From: Bacillota bacterium
GTDB taxonomy: Bacteria > Bacillota > UBA4882 > JAAYXC01
Length of the DNA stretch: 47,695 nt
NCBI GenBank assembly: GCA_012516115.1
Contig: JAAYXC010000076.1
Coordinates: 1 to 47,695 of the forward strand
Direction of reading: 5' to 3'
A program made the position numbers and the translations under genes. Under the pieces are notes generated by a model, which saw only the letters and a program-made list of their open reading frames with translations, made no database searches and was not told the DNA's origin. Positions 1 through 8,595 of this stretch are shown here, one piece after another (the stretch's first letter is position 1; each line of letters opens with the position of its first letter).

Positions 1-188
1 ATTATAGATATTATTAAAAATTTGTCTCATTTAAAATCATAATTACCCTGCTACAGATGCATTTAATATTCTAGAATAAACAAATTTATGATACTGAATA
101 ATTTAGCATAAAACACTCGGTTCATGTGAAAAATTTGTTTTCATGTATTAATCCGTATTCTATACCATTTTAATCTAAGGTGATCGCC

Positions 189-2978
189 ATGCTCGTCGAC
201 AACCCCATCCTCAATTCTCCATTTGAAGAACCCACTCGCTACTGGGATTATCACGAAGGCCAGCCGGTAATAGTCGAAGGCCGCCGGCCGGCCGGGTACT
301 ACCTGCGCCCCCGCACGCGTGGCGCGCAGGTCTCGATGTTCGAAGAAGAGTTCGTCCCCCTGGAACCGGTGAACACCATCCGCGCGCGGGTGAAGGTCTG
401 GCGCGAGCGCGGCTATCCGGGGGTCACCCCCCTTACCCGGCAGCTCTTGCACCACTGGAACGACCCCGGCCGCGAACGAAGGCTCTTCTTCTGCCAGCGG
501 GAGGCGGCGGAGACTTTGATCTGGCTTGTGGAGGCTTCGCCCGCCGAGAAGCAGGGGATCGTCATCCCCAAAGACAACGGCCTGGTGCGTTACGCCTGCA
601 AGATGGCGACCGGATCCGGGAAGACCGTGGTCATGGGGATGGTCATCGCCTGGCAGGTCATGAACAAACTGGCGAACCCCCAGGACCGCCGCTTCTCCGA
701 CGCCGTGCTCCTCGTCTGCCCGAACCTCACCGTACGGGAGCGCCTGGAGGTCCTCCTCCCCTGGCGGCCCGACAACTACTACGAGCGGTTCGACCTCATC
801 CCCCGCGGCATGCTGGAACGCCTCCAGCAGGGGAAGTTCCAGATCACCAACTGGCATCTCTTCCAGCCCAAGGACGACTCGCGCTCCCGCAGCGTGGTCC
901 AGCGCGGGGTGGAGGGCGACGCCGCCTTCTGCCGCCGCGTGCTGAAGGAGTTGGGGAGCAAAGGGAACATACTGGTCATCAACGACGAGGCCCACCACGC
1001 CTACCGGCCGGCCCCACTCGCCGAGGAGCTGCGGCAGACGCTCGCGGATGAAGAGATCGCCGAGCGCGAGGAAGCCACCGTCTGGGTGAGCGGGCTCGAC
1101 AAGATCCAGGCCGTGCGCGGGATCAACTTCTGCGCCGACTTCTCCGCCACGCCCTTTTACATCAAGGGCTCCGGCTACGAAGAAGGCGCGCCCTTCCCAT
1201 GGGTGGTCTCGGACTTTGGGCTCGTCGACGCCATCGAGTCCGGCATCGTCAAGGTCCCGCGCGTGCCGGTGGACGACAACACCGGCGCCCTGATCCCCCG
1301 TTACTTCCGGTTATGGGAGTACATCAACGGGCAGCTCTCCGCTTCCGAGCGGCAGACCGCGCGCCGCCGGGCCAAGCCCGAGGCCGTCCTGCGCGAGGCC
1401 GAAGGAGCCCTGGCCACCTTGGCCTCCGAGTGGGAGAAGACCTTCGCGGCCTTTAGGGAGGCCGGCTCGCCCGTCCCGCCCGTCCTCATCGTGGTCTGCG
1501 ACAATACCGATCTTGCCAAACTGGTCTATGAACACATCAGTCGGGGCGAGGTAATCCACGAATTGGTGAATACCGACGGCCGGCAGGTCACCTTCCGCAT
1601 CGACAGCAAACTCCTTGCCGAAGCGGAAGCCGCCCTGGAGGGCGAGACGAAGGGGGAGGCCGCCGAGCGGCTGAGAAAGACGGTCGACACCATCGGCAAG
1701 CTTGCATGGGAAGGGGAGGGCGACCCGCCGGGCAAGGACATCCGCTGCGTGGTCTCGGTGGGGATGCTCACCGAGGGCTGGGACGCCCGGAACGTCACCC
1801 AGATCTTAGGGCTGCGGGCCTTCACCTCCCAGCTCCTCTGCGAACAGGTCGTGGGCAGGGGTCTGCGGCGCCTGAACTACGACGATTTCACGGAGCCGGA
1901 GTACGTGGACGTCTACGGCATCCCCTTCGAGGTCATCCCGGTGAAGAAGAAACCGGTGGGCCGGGCCGATGGCCAGCGGGTCTCCACCCTCGTCCGGGCC
2001 CTGCCCGACCGCCGCCACCTAGAGATCACCTTTCCCCGCGTGGAGGGTTATGTCTTCGACGTCAGGAGCCGCCTCCGTCTCAACCTGAAAGCCGTGCCCT
2101 ATCTCCAGATCGATCCTTCGAGCGAACCCACGGAGGTGACCGTCAAGCCGGCCGCCGGGTACCGCATCGGCCGGCCGGACCGCCTCGGCCCGGGCCGGGA
2201 GGTCGTCCACGACCGCAACCCATTCCACCGCGAGAAGAGGCTTCAGGCCAGCGTCTACGAGATCGCCGCCGAGATTACCTGGCGCCTCAAGGAAAAACGG
2301 GAGGAATGGACCGCGCGGCATACGCTCTTTCCCCAGGTCTTAAACTTCGTGTGGGAGTACATCGAGGAACGGGTCGTGGTGGCCGAAGGCGGTTTTCTCG
2401 AAGATATCGCCTTGCTCAAATACAAGCAGCGCATCATCGAACGGCTGCTTGCGGCCATCGAACCGGACACGTTGGGCGGGGAACCGCCGCTTCTGCCGGT
2501 CATCGAACGTTTCCGGCCCACAGGTTCTACCGGGGAGGTGCTCTTTCGCACCAGCCGCCCCACGGTGGGCACGACGAAGAGCCACATCAGCCATGTGGTC
2601 CTGGACGCACCCCAATGGGAGCATAGCGTGGCCTATCAACTGGAGCGGATCCCGGAGGTGATGGCCTATGCCAGAAACGCCCACCTGGACTTCACCATCC
2701 CCTACGAGTGGCAGGGCGTGCGCCACGAGTACCGCCCCGACTATCTCGTCCGCTGGCGGCTTCCGGATGGGGGAGAGGTGAAGGTCATTCTGGAGGTCAA
2801 GGGTTTCGAGACCGAGCAGGACCGCCAGAAGGAGGCCGCGGCGCGGCGGTGGGTGCGGGCGGTGAACCATCACGGCGAATGCGGCCGCTGGGCCTTCACG
2901 GTCTGCCGGGACCCGCAGGGGGTGCGGAAGCAAATCCTGGAGGCGGTTTCGGTATTCATGGTCCCCCCCGCGAGCTGA
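189..2978 (+). CDS. SF2 helicase / PD-(D/E)xK nuclease, type III restriction Res-subunit-like
   Basis: ORF 180..2978. The ATG at 189 lies 4 nt after the SD AAGGTGAT (177-184). Helicase motifs are MATGSGKT (Walker A), NDEAHH (DEAH), FSATP and QVVGRGLRR. The C-terminal 'RPDYLV...VILEVKG' is a PD-(D/E)xK-type nuclease motif as in Res subunits. No mod gene is visible, and the upstream 180 bp is AT-rich non-coding DNA. Confidence 0.8.
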   Translation: MLVDNPILNSPFEEPTRYWDYHEGQPVIVEGRRPAGYYLRPRTRGAQVSMFEEEFVPLEPVNTIRARVKVWRERGYPGVTPLTRQLLHHWNDPGRERRLFFCQREAAETLIWLVEASPAEKQGIVIPKDNGLVRYACKMATGSGKTVVMGMVIAWQVMNKLANPQDRRFSDAVLLVCPNLTVRERLEVLLPWRPDNYYERFDLIPRGMLERLQQGKFQITNWHLFQPKDDSRSRSVVQRGVEGDAAFCRRVLKELGSKGNILVINDEAHHAYRPAPLAEELRQTLADEEIAEREEATVWVSGLDKIQAVRGINFCADFSATPFYIKGSGYEEGAPFPWVVSDFGLVDAIESGIVKVPRVPVDDNTGALIPRYFRLWEYINGQLSASERQTARRRAKPEAVLREAEGALATLASEWEKTFAAFREAGSPVPPVLIVVCDNTDLAKLVYEHISRGEVIHELVNTDGRQVTFRIDSKLLAEAEAALEGETKGEAAERLRKTVDTIGKLAWEGEGDPPGKDIRCVVSVGMLTEGWDARNVTQILGLRAFTSQLLCEQVVGRGLRRLNYDDFTEPEYVDVYGIPFEVIPVKKKPVGRADGQRVSTLVRALPDRRHLEITFPRVEGYVFDVRSRLRLNLKAVPYLQIDPSSEPTEVTVKPAAGYRIGRPDRLGPGREVVHDRNPFHREKRLQASVYEIAAEITWRLKEKREEWTARHTLFPQVLNFVWEYIEERVVVAEGGFLEDIALLKYKQRIIERLLAAIEPDTLGGEPPLLPVIERFRPTGSTGEVLFRTSRPTVGTTKSHISHVVLDAPQWEHSVAYQLERIPEVMAYARNAHLDFTIPYEWQGVRHEYRPDYLVRWRLPDGGEVKVILEVKGFETEQDRQKEAAARRWVRAVNHHGECGRWAFTVCRDPQGVRKQILEAVSVFMVPPAS

Positions 2979-3157
2979 CCGCGGCCGTCCGAAACAGCGT
3001 AAGCATCGACTGGTCCTCCCGCGAGAACGTGCGGGCGGGCCTGCGGGTCACTGTGAAGCGGCTCCTGCGCCGGTACGGCTACCCTCCCGAGAAACGCGAC
3101 CAAGCCGCGGATGCCGTGCTCGAACAAGCGGAAGCCATGACGGATGGGGAAAAGTGA
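2975..3157 (+). pseudogene. hsdR: start-less remnant of a type I restriction HsdR C-terminus
   Basis: Only the last ~60 codons of ORF 2708..3157 look protein-like: '[53 protein letters not shown]'. This resembles the conserved extreme C-terminus of HsdR (..DW..RE.VRA.LR..VKR.L.KYGYPPD..). There is no start codon and no upstream gene body. It abuts the stop of the Res-like gene. Confidence 0.55.
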
Positions 3158-3296
3158 GTCATAAGGCACGAGGCGCGAGCTATTAGTCAGTAAGGCGATT
3201 GGTCGCGGGTGACGAAGTATCCGAGAATACCGAAGGCGTTCCTGCCTCCCCTCCATGGCCGAGAGACCATCACGCTTTCGTGCGGGTCTTTCCACA

Positions 3297-3305
3297 TGGT
3301 ACAAT
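3297..3305 (+). promoter_or_regulatory. candidate extended -10 element (TGGTACAAT) upstream of the ImmA/DUF4411 pair
   Basis: TGgTACAAT at 3297-3305, ~58 nt upstream of the ATG at 3363. Only a weak -35 is present. An imperfect palindrome, CTCTTtGTATAgACAAGAG (3320-3338), lies between it and the start and could be an operator for the HTH domain. Confidence 0.3.
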
Positions 3306-3362
3306 AACTTTGGTGGATTCTCTTTGTATAGACAAGAGTGATCTCCGAAATGGGGTGAGGCC

Positions 3363-4514
3363 ATGACCCGGGTAGCCGTCAGCGAGTCCGTACTTCGCTG
3401 GGCGCTGGAGCGCTCGGGCAAGGCCGCCGAACTCAAGCAAAAGTTTGCCAAACTCTCCGAATGGCTGGAGGGCATAAGCCAGCCCACGCTGCGGCAGCTC
3501 GAAGACTTGGCGAAGGCCACCGCGACCCCGTTCGGCTATTTCTTCCTCGCCGCGCCGCCGGAGGAACGCCTACCCATCCCCCACTTCCGTACATTGGGCG
3601 ACGAATCCCCGCGGCGGCCCAGTCCCGACCTCCTCGAGACCGTCCAAACGATGGAGCTGCGCCAGGCCTGGATGCGCGAATACCTTATCGAGCAAGGACA
3701 GGAGCCGCTCCCCTTTGTCCGTTCCGCAGGAATCCAGGATGAACCGCGCCAGGTTGCCAAAGAGATAAGGCGCCTCTTAGGCCTCACGGAAACGTGGGCG
3801 GCCGAGGAGCCCACCTGGGAGGCGGCGCGGCGGGAATTAATAAGAAGAATTGAAGACACCGGCATCCTCGTGGTGGTAAACGGCGTCGTCGGTAACAACA
3901 ACCGCCGCAAGCTGGATCCCACCGAGTTCCGCGGCTTCGTGCTCGTGGATGAATATGCTCCGCTCGTCTTCGTCAACGGTGCCGATGGCAAGGCGGCGCA
4001 GATGTTCACGCTGGCGCATGAATTGGCGCACGTGTGGTTCGGGCGTAGCGCCGCGTTCGATTTAAGGGAATTTCGACCCGCCGATGACGCGACCGAACAG
4101 GCCTGTAATCGGGTGGCGGCGGAATTTCTTGTACCGGAGAATGCGCTGCGCGATCTCTGGCCTCGTCTCCGGCGAGTGTCCGAGCCGTTTGAGGAGATCG
4201 CCCGCCATTTTAAAGTGAGCAGACTGGTCGCCCTCCGAAGAGTTTTCGAACTGGACTTGATTACGAACGATCGCTTTTTTGAGTTTTACCGGATCTATCG
4301 GGAGGATGAGCGCCGTAACCCCGAACGTGAACAAGAGGGAGGCAACTTCTACGCCAACCAGAATCTGCGCCTCGGCCGGCGCTTTGCCGAGGCGGTGATC
4401 CGGGCGGCCCGGGAAGGGAGGATTCTTTACCGCGAGGCGTATCGGTTGACGGGGCTTTATGGGAAAGCCTTTGAGAAGTACGCTGAATTTCTTGGCTTAG
4501 GGGCCTCGCCATGA
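3363..4514 (+). CDS. HTH-domain ImmA/IrrE-family (COG2856) zinc metallopeptidase
   Basis: 383 aa. The N-terminal ~70 aa are XRE-like. The zinc motif HELAHVWF (HEXXH) is followed by 'ACNRVAAEFLVPE', typical of ImmA/IrrE peptidases. SD GGGGTGAGG lies before the ATG. Confidence 0.85.
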   Translation: MTRVAVSESVLRWALERSGKAAELKQKFAKLSEWLEGISQPTLRQLEDLAKATATPFGYFFLAAPPEERLPIPHFRTLGDESPRRPSPDLLETVQTMELRQAWMREYLIEQGQEPLPFVRSAGIQDEPRQVAKEIRRLLGLTETWAAEEPTWEAARRELIRRIEDTGILVVVNGVVGNNNRRKLDPTEFRGFVLVDEYAPLVFVNGADGKAAQMFTLAHELAHVWFGRSAAFDLREFRPADDATEQACNRVAAEFLVPENALRDLWPRLRRVSEPFEEIARHFKVSRLVALRRVFELDLITNDRFFEFYRIYREDERRNPEREQEGGNFYANQNLRLGRRFAEAVIRAAREGRILYREAYRLTGLYGKAFEKYAEFLGLGASP

Positions 4515-5008
4515 GTGGGCAGATATATCTACTTGACGCCAATGTGTTCATCGAGGCCGCCCAGGGTTATTATGCTTTCGAACTCGCCCCGGGTTTCTGG
4601 CAGGCCCTGCTTTATCATGCCGTGAATGGACGGATTCAAAGCATCGATCGCGTCAAGGATGAACTACAACGTATCAATGATGAACTCAAGGATTGGGTGA
4701 ATGGTGACTTTCACGTCTTTTTTGTCTCTACCGACCAACCTGATGTTATTGAGGCTTATCGGAAGATCATGGAGTGGGTGGACCGTTCAAGCCAGTTTTT
4801 AGCGGCAGCCAAAGCTGCATTCGCCAAGGACGCGGATGGATGGCTGGTCGCGTATGCGATGGCCAAGAGCTGCGTGGTAGTTACACACGAACAATTTTCC
4901 CCTGAAACAAAAAGGAGGGTCCCTATTCCGAATATGTGCAAAGCATTTGGTGTACCGTACGTTAACACATTTCAGATGCTTCGCGATCTGGGTGTAAAGC
5001 TCCGATAG
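4511..5008 (+). CDS. DUF4411-like (PIN-like fold) protein
   Basis: 165 aa. The N-terminus 'IYLLDANVFIEAAQGYY' matches the DUF4411/PIN-like acidic first strand. Its start overlaps the ImmA stop (ATGA at 4511-4514), which implies translational coupling. Confidence 0.7.
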   Translation: MSGQIYLLDANVFIEAAQGYYAFELAPGFWQALLYHAVNGRIQSIDRVKDELQRINDELKDWVNGDFHVFFVSTDQPDVIEAYRKIMEWVDRSSQFLAAAKAAFAKDADGWLVAYAMAKSCVVVTHEQFSPETKRRVPIPNMCKAFGVPYVNTFQMLRDLGVKLR

Positions 5009-5060
5009 AGGGGAAAATCCGCATCGCATACGCTCCCGCTCCCCATTCTTCGCCCGGATC

Positions 5061-5109
5061 CCCTCCCCTCTCCCCTCGGGAGAAAGGCCGGGGGTGAGGG
5101 AAATCCCCG
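5061..5109. repeat. GGGGTGAG-type palindromic intergenic repeat, copy 1
   Basis: CCCTCCCCTCTCCCCTCGGGAGAAAGGCCGGGGGTGAGGGAAATCCCCG. It has an inner hairpin TCTCCC/GGGAGA. The 19-mer GGGGTGAGGGAAATCCCCG (5091-5109) is identical to 6330-6348. Confidence 0.65.
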
Positions 5110-5130
5110 GCCGGAAAGGTGGTGACCCCT

Positions 5131-6120
5131 TTGTCCTTCCGCTTCCGCAAGAGCATCCGGATCGCCAAGGGCGTGCGCCTCAACCTGAGCAAGGGCGGAG
5201 TCGGCCTGAGCATCGGCGGCAAAGGCCTCCGCGTGGGCGTCGGTCCCCGCGGCGTTTATACCTCGGCCGGCATCCCCGGCACGGGACTTTATTCCCTCAA
5301 CTACCTCGGAAAAGGAGAAAGGCGAGGCGCGGTTCGGAGGGTTTCCGAAGAAGCCTCCGGCCCCGGCGGCCGAAACATCGAGCTGCCGCCGGAATTGGCC
5401 CCAAGCTCCGCCTCCACCGCCTTGGGCTGCCTGTGGTTTCTCGTTTCCTTGGTTCTTCTTTTCGTCAATTTGCCCCTGGGCGTGCTGGCGTTTATCGCCC
5501 AGATAGCCTGGGCGATCAAATCGGTCAATTCTCCCACCGGTAGGGCGAAGGAGTATTTCCGGCAAGGACAAAGGGCGCTTCAGGGCGGCGAATGGAAAAA
5601 GGCCCTGGAATCATTTTTACGAGTCTTGGAATTCAAACCGGATATCCCTTCCGTCCATCGTACCGTGGCCTTTCTCTATCTAAGGTTGGATAAACCGGAA
5701 GAATCTCTCGGCTATTTCACCAAGTATCTGGACGTTCATCCGGAAGACATTCCGGCCCGACTGGGCTATGCCCTGGCCCTGGAACGTACCGGTAACTACC
5801 GGAAAGCCATCGAAGTCCTGCAAAACCTCCCGCCGGAAACAAGGCAAGAATTACCGGTGATCAATATCCTGGCCCATGCCTTCCTCGGTCTGGGCCGGCC
5901 CGAATTGGCCCTGGAGGTACTGGAGAAAGGTCCCCTCCGCAGCCGGAGGGCAATGGATGAAGACATGAAGCTTTTTCGCTATTTATTGGGTTTGACCTAT
6001 AAAGAACTCGGGGAGCCTAAAAAGGCCTTGAAACAATTTCAAAAGATCTATGTCGAAGACGCCGATTACGAAAACGTCAAAGACATTTTACGCGAATTGG
6101 ACCCTTCGTTTGAAGGATAA
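5131..6120 (+). CDS. DUF4236-domain / transmembrane / TPR-repeat protein
   Basis: ORF 5119..6120. The TTG at 5131 follows the SD AAAGGTGGTGA and gives 'SFRFRKSIRIAKGVRLNLSKGGVGLSIGG', the typical DUF4236 N-terminus. A hydrophobic segment 'LGCLWFLVSLVLLFVNLPLGVLAFIAQIAWAI' follows, and then TPR-like repeats run to the C-terminus. Confidence 0.7.
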   Translation: MSFRFRKSIRIAKGVRLNLSKGGVGLSIGGKGLRVGVGPRGVYTSAGIPGTGLYSLNYLGKGERRGAVRRVSEEASGPGGRNIELPPELAPSSASTALGCLWFLVSLVLLFVNLPLGVLAFIAQIAWAIKSVNSPTGRAKEYFRQGQRALQGGEWKKALESFLRVLEFKPDIPSVHRTVAFLYLRLDKPEESLGYFTKYLDVHPEDIPARLGYALALERTGNYRKAIEVLQNLPPETRQELPVINILAHAFLGLGRPELALEVLEKGPLRSRRAMDEDMKLFRYLLGLTYKELGEPKKALKQFQKIYVEDADYENVKDILRELDPSFEG

Positions 6121-6307
6121 ATACTTGCCGAACGGAGATCTCCGGCCCTGGTTCGGCCCGGGATATCCGCCGGACGAGCCGAGAGTCAAAAGTTCGCGAG
6201 TCGCGCTTCGCGGTTAACGAAGTCAACCCGGCGCATGGCGTCAAAGGATTCGGGCGGTAAAGGCATGAACACACCCTTATACTTCCCGCCTTCCCCTGTT
6301 TCTTTGG

Positions 6308-6348
6308 GCCCCTCGGGAGAGGGGATTAAGGGGTGAGGGAAATCCCCG
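6308..6348. repeat. GGGGTGAG-type palindromic repeat, copy 2
   Basis: GCCCCTCGGGAGAGGGGATTAAGGGGTGAGGGAAATCCCCG. It shares CCTCGGGAGA and the 19-mer with copy 1. Confidence 0.65.
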
Positions 6349-6377
6349 CATTCCGGGGTCCCGTGCTCCACGAATTT

Positions 6378-6422
6378 CCTCACCCCCTTCCCCCCTCGGG
6401 ACAGGAGTCAGGGGCGGTGGAG
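6378..6422. repeat. GGGGTGAG-type palindromic repeat, copy 3 (degenerate right arm)
   Basis: CCTCACCCCCTTCCCCCCTCGGGACAGGAGTCAGGGGCGGTGGAG. The left arm CCTCACCCC is the reverse complement of GGGGTGAGG. Confidence 0.55.
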
Positions 6423-6807
6423 ATAATCCGTTCCGGCCTATCAAGGCGTTTGAACCTGAACAGGGCTGACGGCTGAGCATCGATTCCTATTTCGGGTTCC
6501 AATTTACCCTTTAAAGTCGTTATATCCTATGCCCTGGACCTAAAGTTGCTCTTCCATATTTGAGGGCCATTAGGTTGATCGTAGAAGAATTGCTTGATAA
6601 GGATGCTTCCTTTACCATCCGGAAAGGCCTCAAAGATGACTCTACTTCTGGGTGCCATGTAATTACGGACCTTTTCTGCGTTTCCTTGCACGCATCCGCT
6701 GGTGGTATAAATAGAGCCATAAAATTCATAATACGTACCATCCGTAAATAATAAGAAAAGCTGGGTACCCGGCCATCTTTCCGGGCATTGCCGTCAATTT
6801 TTTCTAA

Positions 6808-6840
6808 GCCCCTCTCCTCGGGAGGGGCCAGGGGTGAGGA
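6808..6840. repeat. GGGGTGAG-type palindromic repeat, copy 4
   Basis: GCCCCTCTCCTCGGGAGGGGCCAGGGGTGAGGA. Confidence 0.6.
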
Positions 6841-6905
6841 AAAGGTTCGGAAACCGCCGCGCGGGGTAAGCTAATAAGGCAATCCCAACACGAGGGCGGA
6901 GATGA

Positions 6906-7631
6906 ATGGCATACCCAGGGGCGGAAGAACGCGCGGCCATGTTTTCCCGGATCGCCGGGCGCTACGACCGGATCAACGCCGTTTTGAGCTGGGGCCTCAT
7001 CGGGCGGTGGCGCCGGGCGCTCCTCCGACATCTGCCGGCGGATTTGCGGCCCCGGGACATCCTGGATCTCTGTTGCGGCACGGGGGCCATGACGGAAATA
7101 TTGACGAGGGCCTATCCCGCGGCCGCCGTTTGGGCCGTTGATTTCGCCCCCGGGATGCTCGAGCGGGCCCGGGGAAGGTTAGCCGGGGCCCGCGGTTCCT
7201 CGCCCCGTTTTCTCCTCGCCGATCAAAACCGCCTGCCCTTTGCAAAAGACTCCTTCGACCTGGTCGTCAACGCTTTCGGCTTGCGGAACTCCGTCTTTCC
7301 CGTGCGGAGCCTGGCCGAGATGCTTCGCGTCCTGCGACCGGGCGGTTGCCTAGGCCTTTTGGAGCTGACCAGACCGGAAGGGGGTTTTTTCGGCCGGCTT
7401 TTTTCTTTTTATTTCTTCCACCTCACGCCGTTTTTGGCGGGAATCCTGGGTGGCGAGAAGGCCGCCTATCGGTACCTGCCGGCCTCGTTGGCGGAATTCT
7501 TCACCCGCGCGGAATTGGCCGCGGTCATCCGCGGCCTGGCCGAAGGCACGCTCTCCGTTATCCCCCTTTTCGGTTCGGTGGTAACGCTTTTCCTCTTCAT
7601 CAAGCCGTCGCGAAAGGGAGTAGATGGATGA
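6906..7631 (+). CDS. ubiE: demethylmenaquinone/ubiquinone C-methyltransferase (UbiE/MenG family)
   Basis: 241 aa. 'MFSRIAGRYDRINAVLSWGL' and the SAM-binding 'LDLCCGTGAMT' are typical of UbiE/MenG. Confidence 0.88.
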   Translation: MAYPGAEERAAMFSRIAGRYDRINAVLSWGLIGRWRRALLRHLPADLRPRDILDLCCGTGAMTEILTRAYPAAAVWAVDFAPGMLERARGRLAGARGSSPRFLLADQNRLPFAKDSFDLVVNAFGLRNSVFPVRSLAEMLRVLRPGGCLGLLELTRPEGGFFGRLFSFYFFHLTPFLAGILGGEKAAYRYLPASLAEFFTRAELAAVIRGLAEGTLSVIPLFGSVVTLFLFIKPSRKGVDG

Positions 7632-8572
7632 GGCACGTGCTGGAGCGGGCGACCCTTTTGACCCTTACCGCGCTGGCCCTCATCGTCGGCCTGTGGGCTA
7701 TTCCGCGTCCGTTACCGCCCCGGGTCTCGCCCGAGACGGTCCAACCAAAGCCCTCGCCGACGGTACCGGCGCCTTCCCCCGAAGTGGTGATCCCCACGGC
7801 GGCGAGGCCGAATTACGCCCCGCTGCGTAAGGCCATGCTCGATTTCATCGCCGGCTATCCGGGGATCAGGTACGGCATTTACTTCAAAGACTTGATAAGC
7901 GGCGCCGCCTTCGGCATCAACGAGTGGCAGGTCTTCCCCGCCGCCAGCACCATTAAGGTCCCGCTCGTCTTATACCTTAACGAACTCGTGGCCGCGGGGA
8001 AGCTCGACTGGCAGGACAAGGTCGTCTACATGAGCGAACTCGATTGGCAGGGCGGGGCCGGGGCGTTGCAGTTCTTCGCCCAGGACGGTTATAAGTACTC
8101 CCTGCGGGTCCTGGCGAACCTAACCATCACCATCAGCGACAACATCTCCACCCGCATGCTCCTGCGCTACCTGGGTAAAGAGAATTTCAAGCGGTACCTA
8201 TGGAGTATGGGGGCGAGTGTCGTTTATCCGGGAGGCCGCAACGAATCCACCCCGCGGGACATGGCCCTCTATCTCGAGGCCGTCCTGAACTTCGCCAAAC
8301 GCCATCCCGACGGCCGCCGGCTCCTGGACGACATGGCCAATCCCATCTGGCACGTGGGTCTTCCCGGACAACTCCCCGATCACATCACGGTGGCCCATAA
8401 AGAAGGGGATCTCCCGGGAGTGGCGGCGGACATCGGCATCGTCTACGGCTCGCGGCCCTATATTCTGGTGGTGATGTCCGAGGGCGTCCCCAACGACGAG
8501 ATCGGGTTCGAGAATATCGCCACCTTGAGCAAGATCGCCTATGATTACCAGGAAAGGCTCGCCGGCCGGTAG
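7628..8572 (+). CDS. class A beta-lactamase-related serine hydrolase, N-terminal membrane anchor
   Basis: The in-frame ATG at 7628 overlaps the ubiE stop (ATGA). The product 'MRHVLERATLLTLTALALIVGLW' starts with a TM/signal segment. SxxK is present (ASTIKV), SDN is present (ISDNIS), and the KTG-like box reads HKEGD. Confidence 0.78.
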   Translation: MRHVLERATLLTLTALALIVGLWAIPRPLPPRVSPETVQPKPSPTVPAPSPEVVIPTAARPNYAPLRKAMLDFIAGYPGIRYGIYFKDLISGAAFGINEWQVFPAASTIKVPLVLYLNELVAAGKLDWQDKVVYMSELDWQGGAGALQFFAQDGYKYSLRVLANLTITISDNISTRMLLRYLGKENFKRYLWSMGASVVYPGGRNESTPRDMALYLEAVLNFAKRHPDGRRLLDDMANPIWHVGLPGQLPDHITVAHKEGDLPGVAADIGIVYGSRPYILVVMSEGVPNDEIGFENIATLSKIAYDYQERLAGR

Positions 8573-8595
8573 ACGCGGGCCCGCCCAAAGGCCCA

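Noticed and set aside
127-143. Inverted repeat TGAAAA-N5-TTTTCA upstream of the Res-like gene as an operator
   Set aside because: A 6-bp A/T-only palindrome in a ~25% GC stretch is expected by chance.
141-998. 285-aa minus-strand ORF overlapping the 5' part of the Res-like gene
   Set aside because: It is antisense to a gene with clear helicase motifs. It has the Gly/Ala/Pro/Arg-rich composition typical of shadow ORFs in high-GC DNA, and no recognisable motifs.
2708-3157. 149-aa ORF overlapping the Res 3' end as a possible real overlapping gene
   Set aside because: The first ~90 codons are out-of-frame Res sequence with Gly/Arg/Pro-rich junk composition. Only the last 60 codons resemble a protein (the HsdR tail), so it is treated as a remnant rather than a gene.
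6186-6383. 65-aa minus-strand ORF ending 'KGVFMPLPPESFDAMRRVDFVNREARLANF' as a possible small toxin/antitoxin or HsdS fragment
   Set aside because: The N-terminal half is just the translated palindromic repeat (FPHPLIPSPEG). The remaining ~30 aa gave no motif I could recognise. It may be a gene remnant, but this is unsupported.
5061-6840. CRISPR array formed by the repeated GGGGTGAG elements
   Set aside because: The copies are imperfect, internally palindromic, irregularly spaced (about 30 nt to 1.2 kb apart) and partly in opposite arrangement. No cas genes are present.
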